Source of the DNA: Selaginella moellendorffii
Lineage: Eukaryota; Plantae; Lycopodiophyta
Assembly (NCBI RefSeq): GCF_000143415.4
Contig: NW_003314285.1
Location: forward strand, 207,102 to 271,101
Direction of reading: 5' to 3'
DNA: 64,000 bases
Part shown: one piece after another, positions 10,974-23,110 of the stretch
Layout of the letters: the number at the start of each line of letters is the position of its first letter
Position numbering within the stretch: position 1 is the stretch's first letter
Translations under genes and position numbers: made by a program
The notes under the pieces: model-generated
What the model was told of the DNA's origin: nothing
The model's database searches: none
The model's input: the letters and a program-made list of their open reading frames with translations, nothing else

Positions 10974-12266
10974 ATGGAGGGAATGCTGCTGCTCCTTGGT
11001 CTTCCGGTGCTGTTTGCGCTCATCGCCATTGTCTTTTGGAGTCTCTATGGCCGATTTTCTCCAAAATCTTCGAGCGCGGTAAGTTTGAGATCGGTTTGGA
11101 GCGATAGTAATCGAGATTTTTTGCCTGGCAGGTCTCCGATGATCCTGTTGCTAATGATTCTGGCGCGTCGTCGAGCCACAGCGCTGGAATCACGGCAGGG
11201 AGCCGGAGAATGCGACGCAGGCCCGTCGCAGCAGCGTCATCGTCCACCAACGGAGGAGGTATGACTTTTGGATTCTCTCCGCTTTCACCGATCGTGAGAG
11301 TTTTGCATAGATGAAGAAGGGGAATTGGAAGAAGACGGCGAAGAGATAGGCTACTACACGGCCAAGAGCTCGAAGAAACGAGAGCAAAAGAAACAAGACA
11401 AAGAAGCACGCAAGCAGGTCTGGAAAAGTTTACCATACTTTGTAGAGTAAATTCCATTTCTTTTGCTTAGGCCGAGTCTGCCGCTCGAGATCATAAGAGG
11501 GAGAAGCAAGACAGGCACGCAGAGTTACGACGACGCAAAGATGAAGAGCGTGAGGCTGAAGAGCAAAGGAAGGTAATGCGAAGCATCATCGATTAGCATG
11601 GAACAAACTTACGCTTCTCTATCAGGAGGAGGAGCTGAAAATGCAAAAGGAGAACGAGGAGGCTGCTGCTGTCGAAGAGTTTGATATGTGGAAGGGATCG
11701 TTCTCTGTGGACACAGAAGGCACATCCGGCGAGAACACGGAGGAAGGCCAGAGCCTTATCAACGACTTCGTTAATTTCATCAAGGTTTGATACTGTGCTT
11801 TGTTTGTGGTTCTTGCTTACTCTTCCTTGTTTCAGAATCACAAGTGCGTAGCTTTGGAAGACTTAGCCGCGGAGTTCCACTTGCGTACGCAGGTAAGTAT
11901 CTCAATGTAACTTATGGTTAGTGGTTCTCTTTATGGACTGCGCAGGAATGTATCGACCGGATAATATCCTTGGAACAAATGGGTGAGTCTCTTTGTTTTT
12001 TCGTTGTGTTCTTGAAAAGAGTTTGAGGTTTTCCAGGGCGATTGTCTGGTGTGATGGACGATCGAGGGAAGTTCATTTACATCTCTCCGGAGGAAATGAA
12101 AGCGGTGGCGGATTACATAAAGCGAGAAGGCAGAGTGAGCATCTCACATCTGGCCAAGAAGTCCAACGAATTTATCGACTTGGAACCAAAACAGCAAGAG
12201 GTCGTCTTGGGGGACTTGGACGATCCCTTCCACTACGATTCGCCTCAAGCGATCACAGTGGCTTGA
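10974..12266 (+). CDS. DDRGK1: DDRGK domain-containing protein 1 (UFBP1, UFMylation adaptor), multi-exon
   Basis: N-terminal transmembrane segment, charged coiled coil, then LEDLAAEFHLRTQECIDRI..LSGVMDDRGKFIYISPEEMKAVADYIKREGRVSI. Confidence 0.93.
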
Positions 12267-12494
12267 AGAAAGAGAGCTTCTTCAAGCCTGGTGAGAGACG
12301 TAGACGTAAACGAAACATGTACGGACGATGTCCCGTGAACTATAAACCTTTTGCCGTACATCGTCACGGCCTGACTTGGCACATTTTGATAGCTTATGTG
12401 GCGCCCGCCTCGCCCAGGGGCGCTCACCGCCAAACAGTCATAACCACTCCATCTCTCTCGTTCTTCTCCGGCGGTAGCATTTCTCGTCGCCACC

Positions 12495-15400
12495 ATGAAG
12501 TCTCGCCAGTCCACCCCCGAGTACCAGGATCTCGAGAACCAGCCTGGGTTGGCCAACTATGCCTCGCAGGATAGCGGATCAAAGTCTTCCACGTCCAAGG
12601 TATGGTTGCTCTCTCCATTCATTGGTTTCAAAGAAGAAAGTTTGAAACTTTCTTCTTTTCTTGGCTTCAGCAGCGTCCCAAGAGGAAAAGCCGGGTTTTG
12701 CGAGAACGCCAACAGCAAGACATGTGTGATACACACAGTAAGCATTTTCTTTCTTCTCTGTTCGTTTTCCTTTCCTTTCGGTTTTCTTTTTAATGTCGTC
12801 GTAACAAACGTAGAAATTGAGGAGCGGGAAGTTCTGTTTGACATCACCGTGGAGGTGGAGGATGGCAGGGAGGTGCATATTCAGATGAAAGAGGGTGACT
12901 CGGCCGAGCAAATTGCTTCCAAGTTTTGTCATGATCAAAATCTTCCCAGCCAGCTTGTTTTACCGCTGACTGAACACATCAACAAAATAAGGTGAGCACG
13001 TCTTTCTAGTGGAAACCTTACATTTCTCCTCTTCTTTGTGTGTAGCAATTTCAATGATGATCATTGTTGTCGGTACATTGGACCCGACTACGGTCGTGAG
13101 CTCGAGGATGAATACTTGTTCTCCAAACGGAGGATCCAGAAGGAATCCGGAAAATATACATCCAGAAGATTTCATTCCAGGCCAGAAAGGCCATTTAAAC
13201 ACGAGCGAAAACCGAAGAAGGATCTCAAGCGCAAGCAACGGGCGTTTTCGGAGAGACTTATGTCGTGTACATTCACGAGCGCGGCCAAGCTTATTCCTCA
13301 GCCTCCCAAAAAGAAGAAGAAAGTTGTTGTCCGGCTCTCAGACAAGCAGGTATATGGAGCCTCGTGTTTTCGCTAAACTTTGACGGCCTGAGTCTCTTAC
13401 TTTACACTGCTTACAGTAGAGAGCTCTATGTGCGCGCTTGCATGCCGAATATGAGCTCTACCACCGAAGACGAGAGGAAGAAAGGCGGTCCTATGAGGAT
13501 TTCCACGAGCAGCAGCTTAAGAAGAAAAGGCTCGTGTTCTCAAAGGTAAGCACTTACATGTTTTTACGTCTTCTGAACATCCAAGTTCTGTTTTCCAGGG
13601 ATCCAGGAAAATAATGAAAGTAAGGGAGTTAGCGGCCAAACACTTTCAAAACTACGGGGAGCTTCTTTACAGAGAGGCTATACTTGCCATTCAGCACAGG
13701 GAGAAGATTTATGAATCCCGACAAAAGGAACTTAAAGAATCTGAAATGGAAGGAGTAACCGGGAGCCCCGCAATCAGGTACTTGAAACCGACTCTAATAC
13801 GATGTCGAGATGCTATTTTTCTTTTGTCTTTTCATTGATTCGTGCAGTAAGTTGGCAAGAAACCTTAAACGCAAAGCAGGAGAAGTTTGGGAGCGGCTCC
13901 AGAGCACCAGGCGGTCGGAGAGTCGCTTGCAAAGTTTGAGGGAACAGGTTCATCCATCGTTTTTTTCTTTGATTTTGTTAGAACTGGGATCTTTTCAGAC
14001 TGCCGATCTCGAAGTGATGGAGTGCACTTTCAAGCCTCGTGTGAATTCCTCGGGGCCTGATATTAAAGAGATCAGCCACGGTACTGTTTCTCGGTTCGAC
14101 TTACTGTTTTGGGACGCTGAGTCTCGTAAAAAGCGTCAGGAAAAGTACATGCTGTGGTATCCTGATGGGTACGTCTTCATCTTCAAACTTCTTTTTTCAG
14201 TTTCATATAGTTTTTTCCTTGGCATGCAGCATTACTTTCCGACCCGAAGTTAATCGGCCGTGTTGCCAAGAACCAGAATCAAGGCCAGACAGCGCTAGTT
14301 CAGCCTATAGTAAGATCAAGAAAGCATCACGCGAGCCCTCAGTTTTTTCGAGGCTTCTGGATTATGCTGCTAGATTGACCGGCAGAAGGCAGAAGGAGCG
14401 CGAGGAGGAACTCGTTGATCCTTCAACGGGGCAAAAGCTGTTCACTCCACTCACTGGGCGGGGTCCTCGAAACATAAAGGTAGTACAAAATTTTCTATCA
14501 GTTAATAACAAGAGTTTTTCTGTTGGTTGCAGCGAAATGAAAAATCTTTGCCTATTGGAGAGTTTCTCTACAATCTCGATGTTGCTGCCAGGGCTAAGAA
14601 GGAGGCTTTGGAAGAAAATATTAATCGAGTCTGGATAAACCTCTCCAATCACCATTACGCCCTCAAAAAATCTGAAATATTGGCTGTAAGGTTCGAGCAG
14701 CGGAATTTCCAACAGCTGTTTGGCTATTTAGACGATGACAAGGTACTCACTGCCCCTTGTCGTTTAGAACTTCATAATGTTGTTGTTTGTGGCAGGATGG
14801 CTACGTAGAGCTAGCAACAGCCGAAACAAAAGATCTCAAGGAAGACGTGGCCTTGAACATCGCAGAAGCTAGAAAGATGGGCTCGGAAGCCGAAAGACCC
14901 CTACCATTTCAAAAGTTTGTGGATCTCATGCTAACCGTACAGGTATAGTTTAGATTCTTGGAATTGCTTGTGTTGCCTCTAATTTGATTCTTTCCAGAGA
15001 AAGCGAAAAGGATTGCACATGCTTCTATCGAGCTGGAGAAGAAAGACGGCTGAGAGATTCTCATTTGAGAGGAAAATGAACCAAAAATCTCGGAAGCTGG
15101 CTGCTCGTAAGAGAGACTTCAGGCAAGCTTTTTTCTTTCTCCACTTGAGTGCTTCTCTGAACTTCATGTTGCCAGCTCGAGGGACCAATGGTACAAGATA
15201 ATCTTATCAGACAGGCAAAAAGTCCAGGAGAAAATCGAAGCCATGAGAAGGCAAAAAGAGTTGAAAGAGATCAACCAGTGCACATTCAGCCCGGCAATCC
15301 TTGGTGGCCCAGGCAAAAGCCGCTTCAGGGTATGTATGTCTTTCGAAAACTACTAATGCCAAAATTTCTCGTGCCAGAATCCCAAGTTCGTCAATGACGT

Positions 15401-15974
15401 GCGCGTCCAAGAACACGGACAAGATGATGTACACGGCTACATCATCAAGGAGACGCAACTCCACGGTCCTGGTAAACTTTCCGTCTCCTGATTCCTGGCA
15501 CGTATTTGCCCGTCCTGAGGTCTATTTTCTTGCTGCATTGGCCTGTATGCTGCTTGGGTAGTGTGAAGCTTCTCTTGCTTGCATCACACAGGAGTGAGTC
15601 AACTCGGACTTTCGAGCACAACTTACAAGTTGTGCTCCTCCCTTTGACTGAGATTTCATCTCATACTCTGATGAAAGATCATCACGTTTTTCATCTTTTG
15701 TTTTTGGTCTGTGTTTCTTCTTTCTTCGTAATCAGGTCCAGAACCAACCAGCACTGCTGCTGCTACCACTCAACCAGAAAACGGTGTTGGTGGCGGCTCA
15801 ACATCAACCTCCTCCGGCTTTTTTAATGTCTGGAAGAGGTTCGTGGCTAAACCACCAGTGGAGGAAAAGCTTCAAGTGACAGAACCCGTGTTAGAAAACT
15901 CATCGGAGAGTAGTGGTGGTGATGATCATTTTGATGATCCTGCTGCTTTTCTGAGTGGTATCCCTGAGCCATAG
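12495..15974 (+). CDS. Uncharacterised large multi-exon protein with TFxP/ERL-like repeats and one EF-hand-like loop
   Basis: Exons read as EVLFDITVEVEDGREVHIQMKEGDSAEQIASKFC, ECTFKPRVN, ITFRPEVN, DPSTGQKLFTPLTGRGPRN, LDDDK-DGYVEL and QCTFSPAI. The last exon is open to TAG at 15972-15974. The 3' exon chain is less certain. Confidence 0.7.
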
Positions 15975-16535
15975 GTGAGTTTTTCTTTGTTCTTTTGAGC
16001 TTTCTCTTTGCTTTCTTCTCTTGGTTTCCTCTTCCCTTTGACGTGCTTTGCTTGCCCAGCTGCTTTACGCAATTGTGGAGCGCAGTTTTGTTCCGGCAGC
16101 CATCCTGGGTAGAACCATTTCTTCCCCGGCCATAGTCTTTGTTTTCCGTTTGTTTCTTTGTGCCTCTCCTCTCGATCTTAAGCTTGGTTTGTTCTTTTGG
16201 CGTTTCTCTTCTTTTTTATCAGGGGTATCCGCCATCTCAGGAACAGCCCATGGCAAATAAGACTAGAGGTGTCATTTTGAGGCAGAGGACATGAAAAACC
16301 CGGAAGTTTACACAACGTAGGTGCTTTGGAGAGATTCTTGTTTTGCCGAGGCTTGTAGCTAGTTTGCTCCCTGTAGCAAGCCACTCAGACAAAAATCTTC
16401 GAGTTGCAACTCCAGGAGAAAAAAAAAGTTTTAAAAAACTAAAAATCACATGTTTTTTTCCTTTGTAGTACCTTTGTTTCTTATAAATAAATAAAAACCA
16501 TATTCAAGACACAAGAACCCTAAAGCTCTTCACCA

Positions 16536-17757
16536 ATGGAGGGAGAATGGAAGACCGTCCACCTGGTATGTACTACAAAGTTGGCAGAGGTAGCAAATAA
16601 CCATGATCTGATGTGATTTATAGTTGCGGCATGGTCATGGCTATCACAACCATGACATCGTGGCTCTGAATTTGGGCTTGCTCTATCGTTTGATCTTTGA
16701 TGGCGGATGGCGCCGCCTCTCAGCGGACGTCATTTGGCGGCTGTGGCGTTCATTTTGCTACGTCCTGTCTACCCTCTTCTTCCAAGCCCGAGTTTCGGTT
16801 CTTAGCCCAGATAAAGTGGAGCACCTGGATGACCAGTTTGACGCTAGCCTTACGCCCACCGGCTGGAAACAGGTAAAGGTTTTACGTGATAGTTTCTAGC
16901 TTTCGAATGACATGTTGTTTGCCAAAGGTTGTGGAGCGGGGTAAGCAAATTAGACAAAGTGGGCTTTTTGACAAGGTCGACTTGGTTGTGGTTTCTCCCA
17001 TGACAAGGTATTGTTTGGAGATTTCCTTCTTGATCAATGGTGTGAGTTTCTCGATTTACAGGACTTTGCAAACAGCCGCTGGTGTTTTTGGAGGGGGAGA
17101 TGTCTACCATGATGACAGCAGTGAGCCACTGATTATGGTTAATGGAGTTGGGAAAACTCCATATCCGGGAGGGACAATCTCAAGCCATGGATCGCCACCC
17201 TTTGTAGCTAATGAGCTTTGCAGGGAGCATATAGTAAGAGCCTTGATGGTCTTTAAATCTTTTCTTGACAACTCTGTCTCTTGATTGATCAGGGAACCTC
17301 TCGAGCTGACCATAGGCGTGACATTAGCGTCTACAAGGCCCAATTTCCAGGAGTGGACTTTTCGCTCACCAAAGATAATGAGGATGTGCTATGGAGGCCT
17401 GATGTTTCTGAGACAAACGATGAGATTCATCAGCGCATCAAAGAATTTCTTCAATGGTAAACTTTTGCAAAGCTTATACCTGGCTTGATTTTAACGGAAT
17501 GTTGTCTTTCCAGGTTACTAAGCCGGGAAGAAAAGGAGATTGCCGTGGTTTCTCACTGTGGTTTCTTGTCTCGATTGGTAGACTTTAACAAGTATGGGAT
17601 TTGCCCAGACCAAGTTCCCTCAAGGTACTTTTCATTTAGTCTAAGATTTGTGAGCCTAAACTTGTTCTTGCCATACAGCTTTGGCAATTGTGAGCTGCGG
17701 ACTGCTAAGATTGGACTTGATCGTGAGCAAGAGCCCCAAGTTATGGTTCTCCACTGA
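16536..17757 (+). CDS. Histidine phosphatase superfamily (phosphoglycerate mutase-like) protein, multi-exon
   Basis: MEGEWKTVHL-LRHGHGYHN, DASLTPTGWKQ, VVVSPMTR-TLQTAAGVFG, ELCREH, IAVVSHCGFL, FGNCELR. Confidence 0.88.
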
Positions 17758-18098
17758 TAATAATTCAATCGCCTACAAACTGTTCTTTCGCAATATGGTG
17801 TTAAAGTTTCGAGCTCTTCGCTGTTTGTTTCTCACTGGCGGGCGCGGCATTCTTAGTTTCTGGAAGATTTTAAACTGCGTCAACTTCCTACGAGTCTGCG
17901 CCATTGACTAAATATCGACGGGAGAATCTTAATTTTCTTGAGCTCTGTGATTCAGTGCGCATGAGGATCTGTGAACCATGAATGCAGTACTGTGCGAATT
18001 CTTCTTCTGGAGATCAAACACCTACCTGTGGCTCCCTCTTGTAAGTAAGTAGCGTCCTGATCCGTTGATCTTGTCGATCTCAACGCAGAAAAGTAGAG

Positions 18099-18932
18099 AT
18101 GGTGGCCGGTCTCTTGATCTTCTGGCTTCTAGTCATCGGCACTGCGTGCCAATCCCTCCAAGAACATGATCGCAACGCCAGTGTCTATGGATCACGCAAG
18201 GAAGACTTCGTTCCAACGTATGGCGGCGGCGGCGGTGGAAAGCCAGCAACCCGAGATGGAGGCTCGCCATCAGACGGTAACGGTGGCGGCAGTGGCAGCG
18301 ATGGTGGCGGTGGCACAGTTCCATTCACAGGTTCACCTCTTCCACCGTTTAATGGAGGAGGCGGCGGCAGTGGCGGTGGAGGTGGGGGTGGTGGCAGTGG
18401 CGGCAGCGGCGGGGGAGGAGCACCCGGTGGCACAATCCCGTTTATTGGAGGCTCTCCGCCCTCTGGAACGGCTCCAGTCAATCCAGCTCCCACTGGAGGT
18501 TGCACTTGTTTGTAAGTATCTTTCCATTCCCTTCGATTGTTTCGTTTCGATCGTTCCATTTTGTTTCGTTCCATTTGTTTCGATTCCAGCTTCTGGGCGA
18601 ATCACCCTCAGCTGTGGCCGCCATTCCTCACCATCTTCTCCAGCGTCGCGGCTATCTTCCAGGGGATCTCTCCCCGCGTCTTCGGCCCAGGGATGACGCT
18701 GCTCGCGGCCCTGCGCAACAATCGCACGGATCCATTCTCGCAGCTCCTTCGCGAGGGCACGGCGGCGCTCCTCAACTCGTATGCGCACAAGAACTTCCCG
18801 TATTCCTCCCAGTACGTCAAGGCGCGCTTCAACTCGGGCCTCGTCTCCAGGAAAGCCGCCGCTCTCCAGGCCGCCAAGTTCGCTCGCATCAACGGTGGCT
18901 ATGGCGGAAAGCTAGACTACTGCTTCTTCTAG
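18099..18932 (+). CDS. Protodermal factor 1 (PDF1)-like secreted cell-wall protein, 2 exons
   Basis: Signal peptide, Gly/Pro-rich region, then C-terminal domain FWANHP...MTLLAALRNNRTDPFSQLLREGTAALLNSYAHKNFPYS...AALQAAKFARIN. Intron at about 18512-18589. Confidence 0.85.
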
Positions 18933-19376
18933 CAACAGATTAGTTGGTCAATGGTGGTCAGTTTTAGCAACAGTAATAGTCAATTTATAGTCAACAAAGT
19001 CAAGGCTTAAAGTCAGGCTTAGAAATAAACATTTTCTTTTCTCTTCCATTCTTTTGGGCGGATAGCCTAACTGCTGCCGATTTGGCAACTAAACGAAACC
19101 AACGGCTGAGATTTGCTAGAGCTCGAACATAGCCTTTTTTTCCCCTTCTCTCTGTCTTGGTTCTTTCAGCTGTCGCAACGAGCGGAAGCGCGCCAATGGT
19201 TTTTAGGTCTAGCGCGTGAGAGAGGAAGGCGAGCTCGCGCGGGCGCAAGGTAGTAATCCAGCGCTTTCCTTCATTTCTTCTCTCTTGCGCTGATTTTGCT
19301 GGCTCTTGCTCGCTCGGATGATCTAGGGCTTTGAAATCTTGTGATTGGAGCTGGAATCCGGGCAATCGGCGACGAG

Positions 19377-21651
19377 ATGGGAGGCGATCTCTACGATTCC
19401 AAGCAGGAGCCGGGGGTTTCCAAGCAGGTAGCGGACCCGCTGTTCGACGAGGAGGAGGATTACGAGCCGTTTGAGGCGATTCCGCCGCTCAATCAGCCCC
19501 AGACGATCATCCGGCCCGAGGATCTCACCCTCAAGCACCGGATTGGCCGCGGCCCTTTCGGGGATGTCTGGCTCGCCACGATTCACAGCCATCGCGAGGA
19601 GTTTGATGAGTTCCACGAGGTGGCTGTGAAAATGCTGCCCGCCATCTCCGAGGATCACATCCGCGCCTTCACAAGTAAGCTCGAGAAAATCTTTTCTATC
19701 TCGCAAGGGGCTTCTTCCGTCACTTGGCCTAGGGGACTAACTATGAAAAATGGAAAGGTTGGTTGGTTTGTGGCACACGCTGTTGAATCGTTCTAAGCTC
19801 GATCTCTTTTTTTTTTTTTCTCACTGCAGGCTTGCGTGATCACCAAGTTTTTCGAGCTTTCAATCGGCGACAAAATGGCACGGCTGCCAGGAAATTGTAT
19901 TCCTCTCGCGGATGCTCTACGGTACAGTTTTTGTTTGCTACCTAGTTTATGCGTGCTAGCGGTCTTTCTAAAGCACAATAATTCTTCTCTGTTTCTTTCT
20001 TTCAGCTATGGCGTCAACCTGGCTCAAGGTGTTTTGGACTTGCACTCTCGTGGAATTACGGCTCTCAACCTTAAGCCTTTCAACTTCCTTCTGGACGAGC
20101 ACGATCAGGCTGTCTTGGGGGAGTTTGGCATTCCATTCCTTCTCATGGACGCGATATCCAGCGATGGTCCTCTCGTGTGGCTGGGAACTCCGAACTATAT
20201 GGCCCCCGAGCAGTGGGAGCCCAAGCTGAGGGGACCGGTGTCTTACGAGACGGACTCGTGGGGGTTCGCTTGCAGCTTCATAGAGATGCTGACGGGAGTT
20301 AAGCCTTGGAACACCATGTCGCCCAGTGAGATCTTCCATGCCGTCGTTGAAAAGGGGGACAAGCCTGTGGTTCCAAGCGGCTTGCCGATAGCTCTCACGA
20401 GGATGCTGACGAGCTGCCTGGCATCCGATCGCCGTGATCGTCCAACGTTCACAGAGATTATGTCCGTGCTACGGAGGTAAAGCTTCCACTTTAAAGTTGA
20501 TTTACGAACTTAACTCTCTTGCTTGCAGTCCGAATGTGCTTCTCAAGGAAGCGGACTGGGTGGTCGTTGCCGACAAGTCGTTCAAGCAAGGCTCAAAGAT
20601 TGGAGTTGTGAAGAAGATGAAGGGACTGGAGTCTGCTCTGGTCCAGTTCTGCGACAAGCCAGGGGAGCCGGTGGAGTATACCGGACTTTTAAAGTGCAGC
20701 CCCTGGAGGGACGCCTTCCAAATTGGAGACGTGGTGAAGCTCAAGCCGTCCGTCGCCGTTCCGCGCTTTGCATGGAACCAGCAGCAGGCAGATGCTGAAG
20801 GCTCGGTGATCGAGATCGACAAGGACAACGCTGTTTTCCTGGTCAAGTTCCAGGACTCTGGAGAGACTTTCAAGGCCGATCCAGCAGAGATACAACATGT
20901 CTGTGGCGGTATCGTCGCCGGCGACTGGGTCCGTGTCCGCGAAGGCTGGTCGACTGAAGGAAGCGGACGATCGCCATCCAACGTGGGGATAGTTCACAAG
21001 ATACTCAAGAACGGGCTCGTCCGTGCCGCGTTTCTGGGACTGGAGACGCTGTGGGAAGGACCACCAAACAAGCTGGTGAAGGCCTCTCCCTTCCAAGCCG
21101 GGCAGTTCGTGAGGCTCAAGAACGAGGTGGTGGAGCCGAGATTCGAGTGGCCGGTGAAGAACAACCATGGCTGGGAGACCGGCAAGATAAGCCGTGTTCT
21201 TCCAAACGGCTCGCTGGTGGTGGACTTTCCGGGGCGGCTTTGGAACAGGAAATGCTACTGGGCCGACGCGGAGGAAGTGGAGATAGTCCGGCTCAACGAT
21301 TGCAACGGGGTTGTGCAGAAGTACGAGCATCTCCAGGCGATGCATTGGGCGATCGGGCCAGCGTTGTGCCTCCTGGGATTTCTAGCTGCCGTGAGAGTTG
21401 GCGGGATGGTGATCCGACCGTTTAGAGGTGGTGGCGGCGGTGGTGGCGGTGGCGGTGGCGGCGGCGATGGTGGCGAGAGGAAGAAGAGTATGGAAGGATC
21501 AGCGTCGTCTTCGCCATCGTCATCTGTCGCAGCTGCAAATGCGGAACGCCAGATCACTCAGTTCATGGGGGATTCGAAGGGAAATTCCCTGTGGCTCCCT
21601 CCAGCTGTTGCAAGCTATCTCTTCAAAGAAGGTGGAAACGCAAGCTCGTGA
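19377..21651 (+). CDS. KEG-like protein kinase with HERC2/SH3-like repeats (At4g32250-like)
   Basis: LKHRIGRGPFGDVW, VAVKML, LNLKPFN, GTPNYMAPEQW, ETDSWGF. KEG-type repeats GDVVKLK, GDWVRVR, GQFVRLK...PRFEW. C-terminal hydrophobic segment. Confidence 0.88.
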
Positions 21652-21689
21652 TCAAAAGCTATCTGTACAGTGGAAGATATAATCTCACA

Positions 21690-23110
21690 TACCTTTTAAA
21701 TGAAAACTTCTTTCTTGAAAAGTTTTTCCCAATATAATATTTCATGATTTATATAAATACTGGATAGTATTATTGTAGTATCCTTTTATGTTATATATTC
21801 ATATATATAATTAGTTAAAATCTATTAATAATGTTCTAAATGTTTTGTTGAAATTCATTAAAGATATTTTATATTAAATTTGGATAATTGCATATTATTT
21901 GAAAGTTATGAGAAATATACAAATAAGTAAAATTTTAATATTTGATTTTTTTGTCCGAAACATTTAAAACAAAATTTATTAGCTACTAGTGATTTAAGCA
22001 TAAAAAAGTATAAGTTCTTAGAATTTAATTTATGATTAATTATATTTTGTGATTTTGGTATGGTATATTATATTATATGTAAAAATAAATGTAAACATTT
22101 AATTTTTTACATACAACTTTTTAATTAAAATAATATAAAGAAAAAACTATTGTTTCGTCATTGAAAAATTTATTGTAGTTAAAATCTACTACAAAATCAT
22201 TTTATATCATCTAGGGTTAGTTGAAATATTTTATACAATCAAAGTATATATAACAGCATGCACCATATTTATTAATAGTAAGGGCATTGGAATAAATAAT
22301 TCAAAGGTAATTAACATATATTAGTTGCAAAAATTTAATATAATTTTATGATGTTAGAGCATATTATTATTTAATGTTTAAATTAAAATTAAACACTCAA
22401 TCAATAATAATAATTAATATAAAAAAGTTTTACATTATTTAGATAGCTAATCAAATCTTTTTCTTGGAATGTTGCATCGAGATTGGCTCTTCAAGACATT
22501 AAAAATTTTAAATAACATTACAAACATTTGTAATCACTTTGCATCCATCTTCTGATGATTAATTTACATTTATTTGATGATGATTAAAAAGTTTTGCTAT
22601 GTCCAAGACAATTTTACAAACAACATAACTAAAGTATAAGATTTCTATATTAAAATTGCAAAAACTCGTGGTTAATTGCCTAGACAAAAAACTCAAGATC
22701 TCCCTTAGTAATCGGTTAGTTTTTTTTATCAGAAATCTATATTTATCAAGGCTCATGATAACAAAAGTGCTACTTTTTTATTTTAGATTTTATTGACTTT
22801 AATTTATCTTTTACATAAATATATTTAATAAGTATAATATGATATATATTATATTTGAACACTTTAAATAGTGATCAAAATGGCTAAATAAACACACCAC
22901 TATATCTAGAAGATTTTTTTCTTTTCCTTAAAATTTTTATTTTTTATTTAGAAAGGTGTCTTTACAAATCAAAAAAATTATAAAGAGATACCGTTTGTTA
23001 TTTTTGCTAGCCAGATTTAAGTTGAATTAGATTAAAGATTTAAACATTCCTTTTGCTTTAGTTTTTCACCCAAAGTAATTGATTATAGGTTTTCTTTCTA
23101 CAAGATAGTG
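21690..23110. other. Extremely AT-rich island, possibly a decayed non-autonomous transposon
   Basis: Abrupt shift from GC-rich coding DNA to long A/T tracts with no credible ORF. No terminal repeats were identified by eye. Confidence 0.45.
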
